DNA of 63,057 nt, counting the filler, from Trichomonas gallinae (Eukaryota): assembly GCA_008369845.1 (NCBI GenBank). It is 13 parts of 13 records of this genome, joined end to end, with 100 filler letters (N's around TTAATTAATTAA, not from the genome) between each part and the next. Parts side by side here need not be neighbours in the genome. Positions count along the whole stretch, not along the records: positions 55,465 to 58,441 come from MRSU01000735.1; positions 58,542 to 61,740 come from MRSU01000740.1; positions 61,841 to 63,057 come from MRSU01000745.1; 10 more parts are not named here. The stretch is one strand, 5' to 3'. Numbering within the stretch: position 1 is the stretch's first letter; each line of letters opens with the position of its first letter. The position numbers and the translations under genes are program-made. Positions 55,983 to 63,057 of the stretch are shown here, piece after piece. A model generated the notes under the pieces. That model worked only from the letters and a program-made list of their open reading frames with translations, did not search any database and was not told the DNA's origin.

Positions 55983-57218
55983 ATGTCATTGATCGTGTTT
56001 CCATTCTATCTCATCCTAGGCCGCTCCCATAAAGTTGATATTCTGTTCACGCCATCTTTTCCTGTTAGTGTAATTACGAGCTATGGCTTTAAAGAGCAAG
56101 GAAAGTACAATCTAACAATTCGATCGAAATTGGCACCGTATTCCTTAATGTTCTTATCGAAAGATGGCTACAGAGAGAGAATGTATACGTATGACTGCAA
56201 TAATAAAGAGCAATTCATGAAGAATTTTAACACAAGTATCGATATCGACAACGAAACTATGGCGTTACAAGGAGAAGTTCCATCGGATGGTGTATACAAA
56301 CTATATCTAGTTGTTTGCTCCAGCAAACAGTCCAGCTATGCCATTGTTGGAACATTTTCTAATCCGGATACCCAATTAGATACGCGAAACAGGTACTTAC
56401 CGTACTTATTTATGCAATCATCAATCTTCTATATAGGTATTTTCGTATACTGGTTTGCGAAAACTTATCATTTGCAATTCTTCCATTATCCATTGCACAT
56501 TTCTTTCATGATTTTGCAATTGGTTCGCAGTATCAACCTATTTGTATGGTATTACACATGGACAATACTGTCTCGAACTGATAAAATCCCGTTCATTCTC
56601 GACTTTTTGTCACATTTCTTCGATGTCATATATTACTCAATGTTGATCAGCTGCCTGTTGTTCTTATGCAGTGGATGCAATATTTTCAGGATCAAATTCT
56701 CTTTAGAAGAACACCTCAAAATTACTGTTCCTTCTTTAATTGTCACGACTGGCATCGTGTCTATTCCTTTGTTAAGGATTGAGAGGTATCTTATGATACT
56801 GTTCTCCGTCGTAATCATTGGTTTAATAATTTATGTTTCGATCGGAATAACATCTATGATAAAGGCGCACAGAATCATAGCCCTCGTGACAGAAAAGCCA
56901 TCATTGTTAGATAAAATTAAGAAATCTCGCGAAGTTGTTTCATTCGCTTATACATTACTTGTTATTACACTAACAATCTATATTATCCTTTATCTGTCTG
57001 GTATCCCTGAGTTCATTTGTGCCCTTATCATGGAAACTGGATGTTTCTTATGTACTGCTGGTCTTTTATCTTTTTATACTCAAGTTCCACAACGTCCAAC
57101 GACGACTACATTCAAGTATTTGAATGTTATGCCTGCAGTGCTGCATTCCCCATGTGGAACAGAAAATGTTTTGATCACATATTCAAAACAAAATAATTTA
57201 GTTGCTGAATCCAACTAA
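55983..57218 (+). CDS. GPR107/108-like (lung seven-TM / GOST-type) membrane protein
   Basis: Beta-rich luminal domain ending F.NPDTQLD.R..YLP, then about seven TMs; first ATG 55983. Confidence 0.7.
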   Translation: MSLIVFPFYLILGRSHKVDILFTPSFPVSVITSYGFKEQGKYNLTIRSKLAPYSLMFLSKDGYRERMYTYDCNNKEQFMKNFNTSIDIDNETMALQGEVPSDGVYKLYLVVCSSKQSSYAIVGTFSNPDTQLDTRNRYLPYLFMQSSIFYIGIFVYWFAKTYHLQFFHYPLHISFMILQLVRSINLFVWYYTWTILSRTDKIPFILDFLSHFFDVIYYSMLISCLLFLCSGCNIFRIKFSLEEHLKITVPSLIVTTGIVSIPLLRIERYLMILFSVVIIGLIIYVSIGITSMIKAHRIIALVTEKPSLLDKIKKSREVVSFAYTLLVITLTIYIILYLSGIPEFICALIMETGCFLCTAGLLSFYTQVPQRPTTTTFKYLNVMPAVLHSPCGTENVLITYSKQNNLVAESN

Positions 57219-57437
57219 TCTGTTTGTATTTATGTTATGTATGTAAAAATTTAATTGTTCATATAACTTTTAGTCTTCAATCACAAAGATGATATTAATT
57301 CAAATTTTGATTCTCATTGTTTCTAATTGCAATGATTTATAACAAGCTGCTAATTTACTAGAAAATTTGTTTTCTGTGGTAGCTTTTTGATATAATGTTT
57401 TGAAACAAGACTTTTTGATAGAATTTTCATTATTTAG

Positions 57438-58441
57438 ATGACATCAGCAGTACAGCGTGCCATACAGATAAACAATGAAGGAAATGAGACTTTCAAGACA
57501 GGGGATATGAAAAAAGCATACGAATTATATACAAAATCCATTAAAATTGATCCAACTAATCCAACTTTGTATGAAACCGTGCAGCAACAAAAATAGTAGA
57601 ATTAAGATATGCTGAAGCTCTATCAGATATAAAATCATGCATAAAACTCTCTTCTGACATACAAAATGAAAATAACATTTTTTTCGGAGAATAGAACGGA
57701 ACAAACAACTCCAAACTTTCAGACATCATCGATTCTATGAACAATCCAGACTTCTGCAAAATTTACAATTTGCTTGAAGGCCTTTCATCGGAAGGCGAAA
57801 AAGATGTCATCAAAATATTCTGCAAACTTGGCCTTAGAGAAGTCAGAAATCAATATGAATGCACAGTCTTAATATGGGCATGTGTCAATGGAAATCTCAG
57901 CCTTGTTAAGAGTCTGATCGAAGGTGGCTGCGACAGAGATGCAATTAACAAATTTGAAAACAATGCACTTTTAGAAGCATCAGGCAAAAAATTACAGGTA
58001 TAGTTCGCTATCTCATTTCTTCTGGATTCGACAAAGACTGGAAAAAGGAAAAAGATGGATTCAATGCAATTCTCATAGCATCTCAATATGGGCATCTTGA
58101 CACATTTAAATATCTTGTTTCTATTGGCTGTGATGTAAACTCAAAAACAAAAATATAATGTTAATTGTTCATATTTTGCAGCAATGAATGGCCAACTTGA
58201 ATTGCTCAAGTACCTCCATTCATGTGGTGGCGACATTAAATGGAAGGATAATGCTTGCGATACAAGTCTCCACGGTGCAGCAAGAGCAAATAAAGTCGCT
58301 GTCATTGAATATCTCCTCTCTAAAGGCATTGACATCAATGAGCGTTGATGGAATGGCTTCGCTCCACTTCACTGGGCCGTTCATGAATGTGGCATCGAAA
58401 GTGTAGAATGTCTCATTAGACGTGGCTCCAAACTCAACGAG
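57438..58441 (+). pseudogene. TPR plus ankyrin-repeat gene with several frameshifts and stops (3' in gap)
   Basis: NEGNETFKTGDMKKAYELYTKSIKIDPTNPTLY / NRAAT TPR; ankyrins TVLIWACVNGNL, NAILIASQYGHL, FAAMNGQL, TSLHGAA, APLHWAV spread over different frames; TAG about 57691, TGA about 58346. Confidence 0.82.
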
Positions 58442-58541
58442 NNNNNNNNNNNNNNNNNNNNNNNNNNNNNNNNNNNNNNNNNNNNTTAATTAATTAANNN
58501 NNNNNNNNNNNNNNNNNNNNNNNNNNNNNNNNNNNNNNNNN
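58442..58541. other. Artificial contig linker
   Basis: N44-TTAATTAATTAA-N44. Confidence 0.98.
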
Positions 58542-58755
58542 TATTTATGAAATAATGCATATGGAGATTTCCAAAAACGTTTGATAAACTTTTATATTAA
58601 TTATTTCAAAAATGTAGTCGCGTGAAATCGTTCATTTGTTAGTATTGATGTAGCAGATGCAATAAAAGAATTCTGACATAGCTATCAAACGCGTCATTCA
58701 ATTTTTCAATAATTGAATTTGAAAATCATCAAATAAAATATAAATTAGCAAACTC

Positions 58756-61740
58756 ATGCTTGCTATTCTTATCAGCGGTGCTTTATCCGCTCAAATGATA
58801 TACTCTCAGCCTTCTAAATCCACAAAGACAGCATTCGACCTAAAGTACAGCGATAAAGGCAAAGAACGTTCATTGACAGGTGACGAGGGATTTTTCGTAG
58901 CCTTCCGTGAATACGATGATTACTTTAACCCGATGCCACTTAAATTCCTTACATGGAATCAAGATCTTAGAACAGATAATTATCGCATTTCCATAGAAAA
59001 GATGGATGATAGAGATCAAAAAAGTATCAGAATTAAGTTTTCTATTAACAACTATAAGAACGGTTGGCTTCTTTATGACCTTGGCATCTTTGCCGATTCT
59101 AATTATAAATCTGATGAAGATCAGGTATCCAAGTCAGTAAATGATCGAGCATTGAAATTCTATTTATCAGGAACAGATACAAATACTCCTACACTCTTCA
59201 TTAATGGAACGAATTTCCCATTGGTTGACTCAATTTATCTTGGTACACTAGCAAACTCAGCAAGTTATGATCCATCAACTTATCCATTCTTCAATAATTC
59301 AGCAAAAGGATCAACGCAAAAGGGTCAAGACTCAGTTTTCGCGTTTTCTTGGCAAGAACGATGGATTAAAGCCGGTGACTGGGATACTCTTGGTTTTATA
59401 GCTTCTCCAACATCAACTTACAATATGGAACCATTTGTATATGATATATCCCCAGATTACAATCAACATTATGGTGATGCTCATCTTTTCTTCGAGGTCA
59501 TCGATTACGATAGTCGTACGGTTACTGTTACGGCAGATCTTAATGGTACAAAAGAAACCCGCACTGTTAAAACCAATCCTCTTTTAAACAAATTCTCCGA
59601 AGTTATTAACTTCTCTATCACATTGGAAAAAGGAGCCAGATTCCACTATAAAATCCAGGCGTCAGACAATGATGGCTATTTAGCCGAAGAAATCGAGCAT
59701 ACAATAATTGCATATGGAGGAGATGCTCCATATTTGGATTGTGACACCAAGTTCCAAAATGATTATAATCCAAAGGATGTAATTTACTTAGAAGGTGCAA
59801 TAGATGATGAATTTGAGGTAACAATTCATTATCAATTTGATGCAGGTGAAATTATACAAGCGAAAGGCAACTTCTATACATGGGCAAATGGTAAACAGCG
59901 CTACGGATTATCAGTCCAAGTACCTAATCTCAAATTGGGCGAATATCATAATTTCTCGCTTTGGGCGGAGGATGAATATGGCCTCAAGTCAGCTGTTATT
60001 ACGGCTCGATTCATGTACAAGAATCCAGATAGACCAATCATAACAAGCGCCTTCCTTTCGGATGAAAGAATCCTTTATGATGACCAAGAACATGAGCTTG
60101 TTGTCTTCGGTGATGGTATAGATCCAGATCCAGGCCAGACTGTTTCTATTATAGCCCAAGTTGGGTCTGGAAACGAATGGAATAGGACAGCTTTTGTATC
60201 CTCTGATAAGCTCGAAACGTTTGCATTCATCCACAAAATTAAAAAGAAAGCGCTAAAGCCAGGCCACTATAATGTCACACTTTATGCAGTAGATAACACA
60301 ACACAAGAATCAAGATCAAAAGTCGTTTTACAATTCCTCGTCTATGATCCAACACAGCCTCTTCCTCCAGAGGACATTGGCAGCATCACCGAAGAAACAG
60401 TCAAAGCTGGTAGCGATGCGTTGTTCAACTTACGCTACATCGGCACTGATCAAGTTCAGAACATTATGACATACAACGACGAAGGCTACTTCGCAGCATT
60501 CAGAATATACGAGCAAGGAAAAAGAGGTAAACCTCTAAGCACCCATCTCATTAAAAAGAATTATGTTAAAGAAGATAATGTGTCAATTAAATTTGACATT
60601 AAACAAGATAAGAAGACCAAATTCACAACAGTCCGTTTCAGAGTGAGGAACTATAACTTCTTCGAAAGACAAATTGATCTTGGCATTTTCGCAGACTCAG
60701 ACTTTTCTGGCGATGATAACAATAAAATACAATTAAGAGAAGATGGCAGAGGAATTACTGTCACAAATGAAGCCAAAAATATCCATTACACAATTTTAAC
60801 TAAAGACGTTAGAGTTTTCGGTGAAAAATTCTCACCACCAGTTTCCAGATACTACATCAAAGGCATTCAAAGAGATGGGAATAACAAGATCCCAATTGAT
60901 AAAATTCCATTCTTCAGCTCATCAGGAACTACATCGTTATCAAATGCAAATGCTATGTACGGATTCTCTTGGACTTATACCTTACCTGCAGCTGTAGAAT
61001 ATGTCGACGACGAAGAACTAGAACTTCCTTTCGCTGTATCATTTGTTGCCCATGATAAAATAAAGGCACCACCAAGAGTAACCGATAATACAATCATTCC
61101 AGATACCGTAAGCCCTGGTGATATAGTTAATATATCGTTTAGTATCAGAGATTATGATCTAGGTGAAAAGCTCGAATTAGTACTCACATTCCAATACGAT
61201 GATGTTATAAACGAAACGACATATACAATCGATACTAATGGAAATGAGGCTGTTTTAGAATTGCCATTCAAAGTTCCGCATATATCAGATCCCTATGTTC
61301 TTTACAACTGCCAAGCAAAAGACACTGATAAAGGATATGGTTTTGCGTCAAACTATATATACAACTATATCTACATAAACAGCAAACCTCGTATAACAGT
61401 CAATAAGCTCAATGCTACCTATAATACTAAATCTCAAATCAAATTGACTGGTAAGATGAATGATGTTGATCCTGACTCACAGGTTAAAGTTCATTATCAA
61501 TTCGTTGATGGTGACTCTCTTAGTCGAAATCACGAATTTGACTATATTGAAGTTCATCAGTCCTTAAGCTTTAATTATTACATTTCCATTCCACCAGAAA
61601 TTTATCCAAGAGATGAGTCTTGGGGAATTTCAATTTGGTGCCAGGATTATTATGGTGGGAAGTCAAATAAAGTTAATTATACATTCAAACTTAATCCATA
61701 TAACCCACCAGAGCTTAAGAATGCAGGCCTTAATACAAGA
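58756..61740 (+). CDS. Large Bap-like repetitive surface protein (3' truncated)
   Basis: Signal MLAILISGALSA; duplicated module DEG(F/Y)F.AFR...DLGIFADS...FSW, each followed by Ig-like repeats (WAEDEYGLKS, WCQDYYGGKS). Confidence 0.8.
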
Positions 61741-61840
61741 NNNNNNNNNNNNNNNNNNNNNNNNNNNNNNNNNNNNNNNNNNNNTTAATTAATTAANNNN
61801 NNNNNNNNNNNNNNNNNNNNNNNNNNNNNNNNNNNNNNNN
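61741..61840. other. Artificial contig linker
   Basis: N44-TTAATTAATTAA-N44. Confidence 0.98.
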
Positions 61841-63057
61841 CAGTTCCAGATCCAGTACAACCAGGAAGGCCCAATGGCTCCAGGTCTTACACCAGCTGAA
61901 GCTTCCGAGAAGCTCAAGATTTTCCAGCACCAGTTCGACAACATCCAGAAGCGCTGGATCACATACTCCGGCGGTCAGGACTTGTTCGGTCTCGAGAAGA
62001 CAAAGCTCGACTCCATAGACGTTCTTGCAAAGCAGCTCAAGAACCTTACAACACTCTACAACCTTTACTCAGAAGTTAACACATACACACGTCAGATCCG
62101 TGACTTCCTTTGGGTCGAAGTTAAGTTCGGCGACATCGAAGTCAAGATGACAGAGTTCCAGACACGTACACGTCACCTTCCAGCTGAAATGAAGGGATGG
62201 GACGCTTACAAGGATCTTTGCACAAAGATCGATAACTTCGTCGAAACAATGCCACTTCTCGAAGCTCTCTCCAACCCAGCTGTCAAGCCAGTTCACTGGG
62301 ACGAGATCAAGAAGCTCACAAAGGTCGACATCGATACAGATAAGGATGTCTTTCGTCTCGGCCACGTTTTCGACGCCGGTCTTCTTAACTTCAAGGAAGA
62401 TGTCCAGGATATCTGCAACGCTGCTACACAGGAAGCCAAGATCGAAGCCAAGCTCCGCGAAATCGAAGGCGACTGGCAGGCCACAGAGTTCACATTCTCA
62501 CCATACAAAGGCATGCAGGACATGCTTCTTAAGGGTGCAGAAACAAACGAAATCATCACAAAGATCGAAGACTCTTTGATGGCTCTTAGCTCTCTTAACT
62601 CCAACAGATTCGTCGCTCGTTTCAAGGGCCAGGTCGAATCATGGATGAAGAAGCTCTCAGTCTCAAGAGACGTCATCACAGAATGGCAGCAAGTTCAGTC
62701 CATGTGGATCTACCTCGAGGCCGTTTTCTCCGGCGGTGATATCGCTAAGTACATGACACAGGAAACAAAGGCCTTCGCCCAGATCAACAAGAACTGGATG
62801 ACAATCATGAAGAACGCTTCAGATGTCAAGAACGTCGTCACAGTCTGCTTCGTCGATGAAGGTCTTCAGAAGCTCTTCAAGCACCTTCTCGAACAGCTCC
62901 AGAAGTGCCAGAAGGCTCTTTCCGGCTACATCGAAAAGAAGCGTCAGTCCTTCCCACGTTTCTACTTCCTTTCCGAACCTGTCATTCTTGAAATTCTCGG
63001 TCAGGCTTCAGATCCACAGGCCATTCAGCCACACATCCACTCCATCTTCGATAACCT
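61841..63057 (+). CDS. Axonemal outer-arm dynein heavy chain (DNAH5/8, gamma-type), internal fragment (tail/linker region)
   Basis: Not in ORF track (no stop in window); frame from 61841 gives GPMAPGLTPAEASEKL, TYSGGQDLFGL, VQSMWIYLEAVFSGGDIAK, CQKALSGYIEKKRQSFPRFYFLS..ILEILGQASDP. Confidence 0.93.

Noticed and set aside
30925..57693. Reassigned genetic code (TAG as sense) suggested by several in-frame TAGs
   Set aside because: Intact genes end in TAG (10916, 14218, 33558), conserved genes have no internal stops, and the broken genes also carry frameshifts, TGA or TAA
3209..61840. Twelve identical TTAATTAATTAA palindromes as a biological repeat, and ORFs ending X...LIN
   Set aside because: Always centred in 44+44 Ns; an assembly linker with six-frame stops
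62069..62679. Minus-strand and alternate-frame ORFs
   Set aside because: Shadows of the codon-biased dynein gene

Overview
AT-rich, gene-dense, apparently intron-free eukaryotic DNA that reads as a trichomonad (Trichomonas vaginalis-like parabasalid). The evidence is TCA(T/C)T initiator and AAAGTGAC motifs just upstream of ATGs, plus BspA, GP63, DUF3447-ankyrin, Bap-like and tetraspanin families; the species cannot be fixed from the sequence. The window is 13 contigs joined by 12 artificial 100-nt linkers (N44-TTAATTAATTAA-N44), so adjacency across linkers is unproven and ORFs ending in X...LIN are artefacts. It holds about 30 genes or gene pieces: RPT3, a divergent eIF4E, PLPBP/YggS, a DHHC palmitoyltransferase, a CAMK-type kinase, a PPP phosphatase, a HAD-IIA phosphatase, a RING E3, a Myb protein, glycosyltransferases, an outer-arm dynein heavy chain missed by the ORF track, and surface proteins. 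It also has two tRNAs (Asn-GTT and a truncated Lys-CTT) and several disrupted genes. Best leads: a ~230-bp MITE-like element with nested inverted repeats; a recurrent and clustered intergenic motif TTTACATG(A/T)CAAAA; long intact ORFs with no AUG at the expected start; a stand-alone ELMO PH-domain mini-protein; and an apparently catalytically dead Alg5 paralog. I see no clear multi-gene novel system. All protein calls come from motif recognition by eye, not database searches.
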